A DNA stretch of 63,893 nucleotides, the filler included, from Chrysochromulina tobinii (taxonomy: Eukaryota): NCBI GenBank assembly GCA_001275005.1. It is 6 parts of 6 records of this genome, joined end to end, with 100 filler letters (N's around TTAATTAATTAA, not from the genome) between each part and the next. Parts side by side here need not be neighbours in the genome. Positions count along the whole stretch, not along the records: positions 25,203 to 51,480 come from JWZX01000242.1; 5 more parts are not named here. The stretch is one strand, 5' to 3'. The position numbers and the translations under genes were made by a program. The notes under the pieces were generated by a model. The model was not told the DNA's origin and made no database searches. It worked only from the letters and a program-made list of their open reading frames with translations. Each line of letters opens with the position of its first letter. The first letter of the stretch is position 1. Shown here piece after piece: positions 26,601 to 36,362 of this stretch.

Positions 26601-28184
26601 TCATGAGTACGCCTTGCGCATCGTCTCGAGGTCCTCATCGGCAGGGAGGTCACCGCGACCCTGCGCTTCGATGAGCTTAATGTTGAGCGAATCGATGGCC
26701 TTCTGATCAGGCTTGTCAAGGCACATCGTCAGGATCGAGAAGCGGCCCGCCGTAGTGAGCGCGCGCAGGATCGCGAGGATGCGAGGCGCCTCCTCAGGCG
26801 CGAAATGGCCGTCGAGGGCCGCGAGGAGCGCCGAGAAGAGCTCCGCAGGCAGATTGTTGCGAAAGAGTGATTCGAAGCGCGACGGCTCGACGCGGCGCAC
26901 GTAGGCGGCAAACTCAGCGCGATCTGAGCGGAGCGAGCGCCAGGCGCGTTCCACCTCCGCAAGAGTCGTGGGCAGCGGGAAGCTGTCGGCAGTGGGCACA
27001 GCGCTCGAGAGCACACGCGGTGGGCGCATCGTGGATGTGGATGCGCCTCCGGTGGCTGTGGCGACGGGCTCGGCGGTGGACGCGGCGACGGCCTCAGTGC
27101 TGGCGCTGGAGCTCGCAGGATGCTCGCTGAGGGCGGCGGCCGCGGCACCAGCGATGGCACGCGAGGGTGCCGCGGTGATGCGATGCGTGGCGTCCTCAGG
27201 CGGGGGCGGCGGCGCGAGCGCGAGTACAAAAGCGTCGCCGTCGTTGTCGGCGTCGTGCTCTACCTGCTCGATGGAGAGCTTCGTCAGGGTGGGCTTGGGA
27301 CGTGGCACCTGGAGGCTCTTGAGGCGTCGGCATTCGGCCATCAGCGAGCGCGCGGCGGCGTTGCGAGGCTCGTGCTCGAGTGCCGACTCGAGGTCCGCGA
27401 GGGCATGGTCGTACTGCTCGGTCGCGTGCCGCGCCTGCGCGCGGCGCAGCAGCGCCTTGACATTTGCGGGCTCGATGAGCAGGGCAGCGTCGCAGTCCTC
27501 CTCCGCCTCTGCGTGCGCGTGCAGCTTCAGAAGCGCGAGCGCGCGATTGGCGTACAGCACGGCCGAGCGCGGCGTGTGGCCAAGCGCGTCTGTGTACAAC
27601 CCGACCGCCTCTTCGTAGCGCGCGGCGCTGAAGGCCTCGTTGCCTTGCAGGCGCAGTGCCTCCGACGCAGCTGCAGCCGCTGCCGCCTTCTTGCGCTCCT
27701 GAGACTGCAGGCGCCGATTCTCGAGGCGCACGACCTCCTTGCGTAGCTGCTCGCGTTCTGCCTCCGTCTTGTCGATCTGCTCGACGATCGCGTCGGCGTC
27801 GAACCGCTCCCACTGTCCGTACTTTTGGGCATGCGTGAGCGGCCCCTTTTTGCCGCCGCCGCTGCCGCCGCTGCCGCCGCTGCCGCCGCTGCCGCCGCTC
27901 TTAGCCATGGCATCAGGCTTTCCGATTGCTGCCGCCTCGGCATTCTGTTGTAAAGCTAGCTTGCGCAGCTCTTCCTTGGCCTCCTCAATCGCACGCGCCT
28001 CCTCCTCCTCGTCAGTGTCGTCGTCCGCAACGCCGCCGCGTTTGCCGGAGCCTGTTGGTGCAGCGACGCCACGGAGCTGTGCGTCGCGCTTGCCAATGTC
28101 TCCAAGCCAACTATCGAGCTCGCCGATAGTTTCGTGCATCTTCTCCACGTTGCGGCGCATCTGGAGCTGGATGTCAGCTGCCAT
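26601..28184 (-). CDS. RPAP3: RPAP3/SPAG1-like TPR co-chaperone (R2TP complex)
   Basis: N-terminal QLQMRRN...L.SW...I; Y..W.RFD.D; carboxylate-clamp TPR (LRLQGNEAF...YANRA.A.LK...KAL.RR); C-terminal RPAP3_C-like domain (ERAWRSL...L..L....RF.I..M.L). Confidence 0.85.
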   Translation of the reverse strand: MAADIQLQMRRNVEKMHETIGELDSWLGDIGKRDAQLRGVAAPTGSGKRGGVADDDTDEEEEARAIEEAKEELRKLALQQNAEAAAIGKPDAMAKSGGSGGSGGSGGSGGGKKGPLTHAQKYGQWERFDADAIVEQIDKTEAEREQLRKEVVRLENRRLQSQERKKAAAAAAASEALRLQGNEAFSAARYEEAVGLYTDALGHTPRSAVLYANRALALLKLHAHAEAEEDCDAALLIEPANVKALLRRAQARHATEQYDHALADLESALEHEPRNAAARSLMAECRRLKSLQVPRPKPTLTKLSIEQVEHDADNDGDAFVLALAPPPPPEDATHRITAAPSRAIAGAAAAALSEHPASSSASTEAVAASTAEPVATATGGASTSTMRPPRVLSSAVPTADSFPLPTTLAEVERAWRSLRSDRAEFAAYVRRVEPSRFESLFRNNLPAELFSALLAALDGHFAPEEAPRILAILRALTTAGRFSILTMCLDKPDQKAIDSLNIKLIEAQGRGDLPADEDLETMRKAYS

Positions 28185-28276
28185 ATTGGCTACTACGTCG
28201 GCCACGACACGCTCTCCCTCTCGATCGTTGACACGCCTCTCGGACACGGGAGGCCGTTGGTTGTTGACTCCACGAT

Positions 28277-29911
28277 GTGAACGATTTCTCAACTACGGAA
28301 TCAGTGTCGAAGCCGCGGGAGGGTCTCACACGATTCAATGTTAGATGCCGCCTCCAAAATCCCAATTTCAACTCTTGGCGCCCCAAAAAGCCCCACCTCA
28401 GAACGCACGCCGCCTCCGAGACGGAGAGTGATCCCTCAAAACCGGAGCCTGACCCTGTGCCGGAGCCCGACCCTGCGCCGGAGCCCGATCCGGTGCCAGA
28501 GTCAGCCACGGGCCAGAGCCAGAGCCAAGGCCCAAACCAGCCAGAGGTCATTCCACCGCCGCCAGCCACGTCTCCCCCTCCCAAGCCGGTGATGTCGAAA
28601 GGCGGACCAGTACGTACCCTTGAGCTCGTTCGAGCCAAATTTGACAAGCTGCTTGAGATAAACGCCTTCAGACAGACCTTTTATGCCGATGTCTTCTTCG
28701 AGTTCAAAATTGTTGGCGGTGCTCTCGACGAGGACCTGATTAGAGAGGGTGACGGGCCGATGTCACAGCACTTTCCAAAAGACACATTGCGGCCGAGCGC
28801 GCGGTGGTACCTCAACCAATTCGACTTCTCCAACTCCGTCCACCACACCGTCCACCAAGACACGGTGGCGCAGGTGCGCGGGGAGGACATTTACCTTCGG
28901 TACCGCGCTTTCGGCGAATTTGCGGAGCAGCTCGAGCTGGAAAACTTTCCCTTCGACTGCCAGGAGCTCACGGTGAAACTCATCGTTCACACCGTCATCG
29001 GCGGCATTGTGGGCGTTGAGATAACTGCGCCAGGCTACGTCGACGAGTATTCCGGGCCCAAAGGCATACGCGCGATCCCGCGGAACATGTACAAATTGCA
29101 AGATGCGCTCAAGAAGGAGCCGCAGTCCCTCTCCCATTTTGACATCTTCAAGGTGGACACGTTTCACTTGCACAACGTGTGGACCATGTGCAATAAAGTC
29201 TACGGCCACATCGAGGTGCATGCGCATGAATTCCCGCAGCTGGCGATGACGTGCCTCGTGCGGCGCAAGCCCGACTTTTACATGCACAACGTTGTCATCA
29301 CGATGATCGTGCTGGAGCTGATGATGCTCGCCGCCTTTGCCATCGAGGGCGCCACGACCGAGGGCGAGGCTGGGCGCATCTCTCTCGCCCTCACCCTGGT
29401 GCTCACCTGCGGCATCTATCGGCAGACGAACGCGCAGTTCTCGCCGCCAGTCGCGTGCCTGACGCTTCTCGACGAGTACATGCTCGTCTCCTCACTCATC
29501 ATCGGCGGCTCCGTGCTCGTGCATGCAATTCTGGCTCTCGAATCCCGCTGCTATGGATCGACTGAATGGGAGCCCTTTCTGATCGCCCTCCTGTTCCTGA
29601 GCTGTCTCGGCCAGCACGTCTACATTGTCCTCTGGCGCGTGATGCCTGCGGCCGAGGAGGCGCGCGCTCTCGGCTTTACCGACGTGGTGATGCCCCTGGG
29701 CTTAACGGAAGATAGCAATAAGAAGCGCATCAGCCTCGTCGGGCTCTTCAGCACTGCTAAATTTTTGAGCCGTGTCGGTCCTCATGACAAAGCGAAGCCG
29801 GCCTTGGACTCCTTCAAGAGCCAAAAGACTGTGAAAGTCTATTCGTCGGAAAAGGGAGCCTACACGTACGTCAACCTGGAGGATAGCGGAGCGGGCGCAA
29901 CAACAGCATGA
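28277..29911 (+). CDS. Cys-less (Pro-loop) pentameric ligand-gated ion channel subunit
   Basis: ECD strands (EINAFRQTFYADVFF, GEFAEQLELENFPFDCQELTV), pre-M1 VRRKPDFY, four TM helices including M2 GRISLALTLVLT and M2-M3 PPVACLTLLDEY. First ATG is at 28592; the start is uncertain. Confidence 0.85.
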   Translation: MNDFSTTESVSKPREGLTRFNVRCRLQNPNFNSWRPKKPHLRTHAASETESDPSKPEPDPVPEPDPAPEPDPVPESATGQSQSQGPNQPEVIPPPPATSPPPKPVMSKGGPVRTLELVRAKFDKLLEINAFRQTFYADVFFEFKIVGGALDEDLIREGDGPMSQHFPKDTLRPSARWYLNQFDFSNSVHHTVHQDTVAQVRGEDIYLRYRAFGEFAEQLELENFPFDCQELTVKLIVHTVIGGIVGVEITAPGYVDEYSGPKGIRAIPRNMYKLQDALKKEPQSLSHFDIFKVDTFHLHNVWTMCNKVYGHIEVHAHEFPQLAMTCLVRRKPDFYMHNVVITMIVLELMMLAAFAIEGATTEGEAGRISLALTLVLTCGIYRQTNAQFSPPVACLTLLDEYMLVSSLIIGGSVLVHAILALESRCYGSTEWEPFLIALLFLSCLGQHVYIVLWRVMPAAEEARALGFTDVVMPLGLTEDSNKKRISLVGLFSTAKFLSRVGPHDKAKPALDSFKSQKTVKVYSSEKGAYTYVNLEDSGAGATTA

Positions 29912-30358
29912 GTCTTCTTGACAACGCTCGCAGTGTGGGCCCTGTGGGGATGGGTCGTGATCAACGCGGGGTTTTGATTTGCGATCGAGACGCCGGTGTC
30001 TGCATCGTACACATGTACTGACGACGATGCACGATCCGTGGACAGGTGCACAGGAAACCCGGGTGCGGATGCATGTGTAAAAAGTTAAATAGCAGAAAGT
30101 ACAATTGTGTGGATAGTATAGTGATAGTAATTTGGAATTGATAACGGAATATGATTTCTCGGGATGGCAGTTTTTGCATTTTAGGTTGCTGTCGTGTCCA
30201 CCCCTGTGTCCGGTGTGGGACGTTTCGCTTTCGGCGTCAGGGGCAATTGAACGATCGTATATCTTGTCCTATACACGCTTATTCGTGTTTCAGTCGGGGG
30301 GTGGGGAACCGGCTCAGGCCTGGTTACATTTGTTGCCGTGGAAACCCTCTTGAAGACG

Positions 30359-30381
30359 GAGCGCCGTACTGGACACTCAAC
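30359..30381 (+). repeat. 23-bp direct repeat, copy 1 (GAGCGCCGTACTGGACACTCAAC)
   Basis: Identical copy at 31961-31983. Confidence 0.9.
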
Positions 30382-30713
30382 GCGATGTACTTTCGCGTTT
30401 CGCCTTTCAGGAATTCAGCTGGCTGTCGTTCCTGTGGCCATGCGCATGCCGAGCGGCTTTGACACGACGGCGCCCGCCTCCTGGTTCCACGTCGGGTCAA
30501 CTGCCCAGTGTGCACTCGCCGCGCTCCAGGTGCGGTTGGCGGACGGGGCACAGCTGGCCTGATTGCTGGCCTGTAGAATTATTGCAGCCAGGCGCTGAAG
30601 TGCCATGCCATCTTCACCGTGAAGGTCCATGCGTCGATGCTGAAGGCGCCCGAGGCACTGCCCGTCGCGAGCAACTTTGTTCGGGTCCGTGCACGCGTGC
30701 CACAAAGGGCTCT

Positions 30714-31787
30714 CTAGCATCCTTTTGTAAAGAGTCGAGTGTTTTCAAGGACGATCGTTCCGTCGCAGTTTATGATCGGGCCAAAAGCTCCCTGCTCGAA
30801 GAGACCTTGTGTCCGAATTGTGAAAAAATCTTGGCGTTTATAGAGATGCAGCTTGATGTTGAAGCGGTCCTGTCCGAAGCGCTCTGCCTTCGTGAGATTG
30901 AATGTAGGCAGCAGCTTTGGCAGGCACTTCGCTAGTGTCGTGTGGATGGCAGGTGAGTGAGTACCAATCTTGAGTACCATCACTTTGGCGGTGACAATGT
31001 CGAGGAACGTTCTGTCCTGGCAGAGATTGGCCTCTCCACCTTGAATATCGAGGTCCAGATAGTGGATCACCTTCACATCAGAGCTCGCCGAGAGCAGCGT
31101 ACTCGTTCGAAAGACATCCGGGAAAAGCTGATAGCTCGTCTCAAAGCCATTGATGGCCGCGACCTTCTTCAGACCCCCCCTGTGTCGTGGATCGGGCTCC
31201 CAGAATACGGCACGCGCACGCATAAGAGGAGAGATGAGCCGTGCGAGCGCGAGTCCACGGAAGCCCCAGGTGCCCCACCGTGCGCCAGCCTCAAATATTG
31301 CAAGCTCGTATTTGGTATTACTACGAGAGCACCTCGCCACCTTTAGGATGGCCGTGAGCAACATTGCTTGCTCTTCGTACTCTTCGTCGATTAATGGAAG
31401 GGACGGTGAGCTGTACTCAAACTTGGACAGAAGGTTGGCGGCATGCAGATTACACGCGTGCCTGCGCGACGGGGCGGCACTGTAGTAGTCGTGTGCAGAC
31501 CAGGCTTGCGCGCGGTCGATCATCGCACCATCGCCGTTATTATGTCTGCAAGGGATTCCGAAGATGCTTCCGCATAGATTACAGTCATATCGGAACGGGA
31601 CCGCGAGCCCCGTGAACTCGTACAGCACATCTTTATCTACCGGACAGGACAGGTGAGGCACATGGCAGAAGACATCTGCGTGCTGATAAAAGCGAGATGA
31701 CTTCAGTGGGTTAACACCCAAGGGCATGTCGTTCCGCAGGCACCCTGGGGTTGATCCATTTGAAATTGAAAGTGAGCACCGTGACAT
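30714..31787 (-). CDS. FkbM-like SAM-dependent methyltransferase
   Basis: IFEAGARWGTW (motif I), FWEPDP, YLDLDIQGGE, KV..L.IGTHS and a terminal DG; more AT-ending codons than the neighbouring genes. Confidence 0.7.
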   Translation of the reverse strand: MSRCSLSISNGSTPGCLRNDMPLGVNPLKSSRFYQHADVFCHVPHLSCPVDKDVLYEFTGLAVPFRYDCNLCGSIFGIPCRHNNGDGAMIDRAQAWSAHDYYSAAPSRRHACNLHAANLLSKFEYSSPSLPLIDEEYEEQAMLLTAILKVARCSRSNTKYELAIFEAGARWGTWGFRGLALARLISPLMRARAVFWEPDPRHRGGLKKVAAINGFETSYQLFPDVFRTSTLLSASSDVKVIHYLDLDIQGGEANLCQDRTFLDIVTAKVMVLKIGTHSPAIHTTLAKCLPKLLPTFNLTKAERFGQDRFNIKLHLYKRQDFFTIRTQGLFEQGAFGPIINCDGTIVLENTRLFTKGC

Positions 31788-31960
31788 TGTCAGAAAAGCG
31801 CGGGTCGAGCCGCGACAGCATTTGAGTCCCTTTCCTTTTTTGGGACGCTCCGCCTAAAAAAAGGTGCTGGAGTTTGCGCTCAGACAGAATGGCCCTTCAT
31901 CCAATCCGAAGTTTGATTAAATCACTCACACACACTGTTCACTCAAGACGGAGTTTCGCA

Positions 31961-31983
31961 GAGCGCCGTACTGGACACTCAAC
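31961..31983 (+). repeat. 23-bp direct repeat, copy 2
   Basis: Identical to 30359-30381; ends 3 nt before the ATG at 31987. Confidence 0.9.
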
Positions 31984-31986
31984 TCA

Positions 31987-34900
31987 ATGCGAGGCGTGCT
32001 GGACCCTGGTCAGGACGACGCCAGCGCGCCGCAGTTGACGCTGCTGTACCGTACTCACATCCTCAAGCTAGAGGCGGACAAGGAGTCACTGCGGGTTCAC
32101 TTCCACAACGAGATTCTAAAGCTTGAGGAGGCCCTACAGGAGGCGGAGCAGGAGCGCAATGCCGGCGCTGGTGGCCAGGTCGTGGCAGCTCGCGCGCTTC
32201 TCGCCGAGCTGGCGCATGTCGAAAGTACCTTCAGCCGTGCCGAGGCCTCGCGACAGTACGCAGAGGGCCAGCTGGAGGAGGCGCGGGCCAGTGCTGTTGA
32301 GGTGAGACGGCAGCTGGCCGACGAGCGCATCGCGTGGACGGCCGAGAAGGCGGGTCACGCACGCGCCCTTGACGAGGCTCGCGAGAACCACGAGCGGCAC
32401 ATGCACTCAAAGGAGGCTGAGCACGAGCGAGCGTGCGAGCAGTATGAGCGACAGCTGCGCTCCGCGCATGCTGAGCACCAGCGAGCATTAGCCACGGCGG
32501 CGACGATGGCCTCGGGGGAGGCGGCTGCACGCGATGCGGCCGCTCGCGAGGAAGCAGATGCCGCACGCCAGCGGCTCGAGCAGGCGATGCAGGCGGAGCG
32601 CCAGGCGACGCAGGCGGAGCGCAGCCGGTACGAGCGAGCGGCCGCGGACCTGAGCAGTCAGCTCGAGCGCGCCAAGGCTGAGGCGCAGGCGAGGCACGAG
32701 GAATGGAGCACGCGCTCAGGCTCGCAGCTGCGTGCGGTGCGCGCGGAGCACGAGCAGCGGCTGCGAGCGGAGCAGGCACGGCACGAGCACGCGCTGCAGC
32801 TCGAGAGGGCCGCACACGAGGCGGCTCTCCTCGAGCACGCAGAGCGCGTGCAGGCCGAGCTCAAAGGTCTACACGAGCGCCGACGGGACGAGCTACGCCG
32901 GCAGCGCGAGCAGCGAGAGAAGGCCGCCAAGGATCGGGTGGCGAAGCAGAGCGAGCAGCGCGAGCGCGCGGCCCGGGCCAAGGAGGCGCTCGCGGCCAAG
33001 GCGGCACAGGCGACAGAGCACATGCACCGGCTCGAGCATGAGCGAGGCACATCGGAGGAGCGCATGCGCGCCGCCCAAGCCGAGGTGGCGCGTCTCGAGC
33101 GCGAGCTGCGCTCGACACGGCGCGAGTCGCTCGACGCGCGGCGCGAGGGGTGGGCCAAGGAGCAGCAGCTGCGCGAGGAGCAGCAGCGCGCGCGTGCACT
33201 CGAGCGCGTGGCTGCGGAGGCCGCCGACGCCGTCACCGAGTCCTTGGCCGCTCTGCAGCACGAGGCCAGCCACTTGCCGCTCTCGCCCATAGCGGCGCAC
33301 CCGCACCCAGCGCTCCTCGCGCCGCCGCGGCCCCCGCTGCCGCTGCCGCCGCTGCACGCGAGCGGCCTGCCTGCCGTGTACCTGCACGCTGCGCCGCCCT
33401 GGCGAGATGCGGGAGAGCCGCCCTTCGCGCCGCCGCTCTTTCCAGACTGGCCGCCGTCGCCGCAGCCGCCGCAGCCGCCGCGGCCGCCGCAGCTGCTCAG
33501 CAACGCCGTGCAGGCGCAGGAGGAGTCGGTCATGCAGCTGTATCACGCTGCGCAGGCGCAGGAGGCGGTCGTGTGCCATGTGCTTCGGCACGAGCTCAGC
33601 CGAGCAGAGGACTGGATCGGCGAGTGCGCGCTCGCGCGCCGGCGGCGAGCAGATGCGGAACGGCTGCAGGAGGTCCTCGCGGCGCGTGCCGAATCGCTCG
33701 CGCGCCGGATGAGGGCGCTGGAGCAGTCTGCAGCGGCCAATGAGGCGCGCGCGTCCGCAGCCGAGACGGCGGTAGCCCAAGACGGCGCCCCGGCCGCCAC
33801 CTCACTTGCAGCTGCAGGATGGTCCTTCGAGGCAGCGGCAGCGGCGGCGGCGGCCGCGGCAGGAGATGGAATGTTGACGAGGTTCCGGGGCGCTGCCGAG
33901 CCGATCACGTACGCCATGGAGGCGGACGAGGAGATGCGGCTCGTGGCGCGTGCCGCCGCGATGGACGCGCTGGGCGAAGACGCGCGCGAGGCCCTTGCCG
34001 AGGACGCGCGCGCTGAGCTCTTCGAGGAGGTCGCGGAAGAGGTGCGTGCGACGCTGCAGCTCGCGTTGCGCGAGGCGTACTGGGAGGAGGCCAGCCACGG
34101 CATCGTGCTGCGCAAGAAGCTGCGCGAGGCGGCCGCCGAAACGCAGCGGCTCCTCGCCGAGGTCGCGGGCCTTCGGGCGGACGCTGAGCATGCGAGCGGG
34201 CTCAGAGCGGACAAAGACCATGAGAACTCAGCGCTAGTGGAGCGGGTGCAGGCAGAGGGAGCCAAGGCGCTTGCCGAGGCGGCCGCGCGCGCGGAGGCGG
34301 CGGACGAGCGGGCGCGATCTGCCGAGGCACGTGGCGAGAAGCTCGCAGCCGAGCTTGCCGAGGCACGAGTGCGCCTCCAATCCGCAGATGAGAGGGCGGC
34401 CGCGGCGCGTGCAGGGATGGCTCGGAGCGACGAGCTGTTGCGTCAGTCGCTCGCGAGCCAACAGGCGGAGCACGCGCAGCTCAGCGCGCAGCTCGGCGAG
34501 CTGCGGCAGTTGCTGAGCGCATCCCAAGCCAACGAGGCCGGCGCAAGGGCGAGCGCTGACGAGGCGCGCCGCGAGGTGGAGTGGCAGAGCGCGCAGCTGG
34601 CCGAGTTGCATGCTGCGTGCGAGGAAGCTAAGGCTGCGGTGGTTCACGAGAGGGCGGAACGAGACCGGGTCGAGGCCCTCGCGGAGAACGCCGCGCGCCA
34701 GCTTGGCAAGGCGCGCAACGACGTGCAGCGCGCGCAGCACGAGGCGGCCGCCGCGCAGCGCCAGGCTGCGGCCGAGGCAGCGTGGGCCGCGAGTTTGGCG
34801 TCGTCCGAGGAGGCGACGGCGGCGCGAAGGGCCGCGCTGGAGGAGGTGGCGGCGGCTCGCCATGAGGCGGCCAGCGCGTCGGACCGTGCGGACGCGCTCA

Positions 34901-36273
34901 TGCGCGACCTGTCGGCGGCCATCGGGCAGCTCGATGAGTTGCGAGCCGAGAGGGCGGCCTTGCGAGCCGAGGCGCAGTCGGCGCGCGTCGATGCGGAGAG
35001 CGCTAAGGCTGCGGCACGCGGGGCCGAGCGGCTGGCGGACGAGGCGGCGGCCGCGGCGGCGGCACGAGAGGAAGCGATGGCTCGCGAATGGGCGCAGCGG
35101 GAGGCGGCGATCACGCAGCAGTACGCCTCGGCGCACTTGCATGCGCACGAGCAGTACGCATCCTATGCCGAGGAGCAAGCACAGCAGCGGACGAACACGG
35201 TCGTCGCGGCCGCCGTCGCGAGTGCGGTGGCGGAGGCCCAGGGACGAAGCGCGGCACTTCTCGAGGACACCGAGGCGAATCTCGCGGCGGCGCGGGCATC
35301 GGAGGCGCAGAGGGCCGTCGAGCTCAGCATGGCCCGAGCGGAGCTCGCGAAGCTCGAGCGCGAGCTGCAATCTCGTGCGGAGCTCGAGTTACAATCTCGT
35401 GCGGAGCTCGAGCGCGAGCTACAATCTCGTGCGGAGCTTGAGCGCGAGCTACAATCTCGTGCGAAGCTCGAGCGCGAGCTGCAATCTCGTGCGGAGCTCG
35501 AGCTTCAATCTCGTGCGAAGCTCGAGCGTGAGCTCGCGCTTCTCGTCGCCGAGCACGCCGCCATCGATGCGCAGCTCGCTGGTGCCAACCAGGACGTGCA
35601 GCGCGCCCGCGCCGAGGCGTCGGACGCAGAGCGGCGCGCCGCGCGGGAGCGGCTCGCCTCATCTCGAGAGGGTGCCGCCGCGAATGCGGCCTTAGAGGAG
35701 GACAACCGTTTCTGTCGCGCGTCGCTCGCGTATCTCGAGGCGCAGTATCGCTCGGCGGCGGCGGCGGTGCTCGCCTTCTCACGCGCACAGGCGCACGCAG
35801 CTAAGGAAGCTGTGGGGAAGCTCGAGCTCGCCGCAGCCGCAGCGGCCGCGACGTCGGCGGGCGCGAACTCAGCCGCGGCGAGCCGGGCGGCCGCGGATGC
35901 GGTAGCCTCTCTCTCCGACGAGGTGGATCCGACATGGCTCGTCGAACCCGATGCCAGCACGCTGCCTCTTGCGGAGGTTGGCGGGGTCTTGCAGGCCGCG
36001 CTGCGTGATGCGGCGCGAGCGTTGCGGCTGAGGCTCGAAGCAGACTTGCATCTCGCGCGTGCCGAGCTTGCAGAGCGCATTGCTCGCGAGGCCGCGGTTG
36101 AGCGGCAGGTGCTGCAGGGCAAGCTCGAAGAGGCCCTAGCCGCACTGTACCAGCAGCAACAAGCGACATCCACCTGTACAAGTAACGCGCCCGTTGCCGA
36201 GCCGCCGTCAAAGCCGCCAGACGTCATCCGCGAAGCCAGCATTGCAGACGCGTGGCCCACTGGGGCGTGGTAG
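31987..36273 (+). CDS. Giant coiled-coil protein with central Pro-rich segment
   Basis: 1428-aa ATG ORF, A/E/R/Q heptad-rich, with strong GC3 bias. Confidence 0.8.
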   Translation: MRGVLDPGQDDASAPQLTLLYRTHILKLEADKESLRVHFHNEILKLEEALQEAEQERNAGAGGQVVAARALLAELAHVESTFSRAEASRQYAEGQLEEARASAVEVRRQLADERIAWTAEKAGHARALDEARENHERHMHSKEAEHERACEQYERQLRSAHAEHQRALATAATMASGEAAARDAAAREEADAARQRLEQAMQAERQATQAERSRYERAAADLSSQLERAKAEAQARHEEWSTRSGSQLRAVRAEHEQRLRAEQARHEHALQLERAAHEAALLEHAERVQAELKGLHERRRDELRRQREQREKAAKDRVAKQSEQRERAARAKEALAAKAAQATEHMHRLEHERGTSEERMRAAQAEVARLERELRSTRRESLDARREGWAKEQQLREEQQRARALERVAAEAADAVTESLAALQHEASHLPLSPIAAHPHPALLAPPRPPLPLPPLHASGLPAVYLHAAPPWRDAGEPPFAPPLFPDWPPSPQPPQPPRPPQLLSNAVQAQEESVMQLYHAAQAQEAVVCHVLRHELSRAEDWIGECALARRRRADAERLQEVLAARAESLARRMRALEQSAAANEARASAAETAVAQDGAPAATSLAAAGWSFEAAAAAAAAAAGDGMLTRFRGAAEPITYAMEADEEMRLVARAAAMDALGEDAREALAEDARAELFEEVAEEVRATLQLALREAYWEEASHGIVLRKKLREAAAETQRLLAEVAGLRADAEHASGLRADKDHENSALVERVQAEGAKALAEAAARAEAADERARSAEARGEKLAAELAEARVRLQSADERAAAARAGMARSDELLRQSLASQQAEHAQLSAQLGELRQLLSASQANEAGARASADEARREVEWQSAQLAELHAACEEAKAAVVHERAERDRVEALAENAARQLGKARNDVQRAQHEAAAAQRQAAAEAAWAASLASSEEATAARRAALEEVAAARHEAASASDRADALMRDLSAAIGQLDELRAERAALRAEAQSARVDAESAKAAARGAERLADEAAAAAAAREEAMAREWAQREAAITQQYASAHLHAHEQYASYAEEQAQQRTNTVVAAAVASAVAEAQGRSAALLEDTEANLAAARASEAQRAVELSMARAELAKLERELQSRAELELQSRAELERELQSRAELERELQSRAKLERELQSRAELELQSRAKLERELALLVAEHAAIDAQLAGANQDVQRARAEASDAERRAARERLASSREGAAANAALEEDNRFCRASLAYLEAQYRSAAAAVLAFSRAQAHAAKEAVGKLELAAAAAAATSAGANSAAASRAAADAVASLSDEVDPTWLVEPDASTLPLAEVGGVLQAALRDAARALRLRLEADLHLARAELAERIAREAAVERQVLQGKLEEALAALYQQQQATSTCTSNAPVAEPPSKPPDVIREASIADAWPTGAW
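35350..35535. repeat. 24/30-nt coding tandem repeat (LE[RE]LQSRA[EK])
   Basis: About seven imperfect copies of gagctcgagcgcgagct[ga]caatctcgtgcg. Confidence 0.85.
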
Positions 36274-36362
36274 CCACGGTGCCACGACCGAGGTGTTCTT
36301 TCCAAAGTAGTTCTTTCGAGCATTTTGTTCCAGTCGGCGCCCGCGACGGCGCTTTCGGAAAA

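Noticed and set aside
30415..30720. 101-aa ORF directly downstream of the FkbM-like gene
   Set aside because: It has no recognisable motif or codon bias and cannot be supported as a gene or as a frameshifted continuation.
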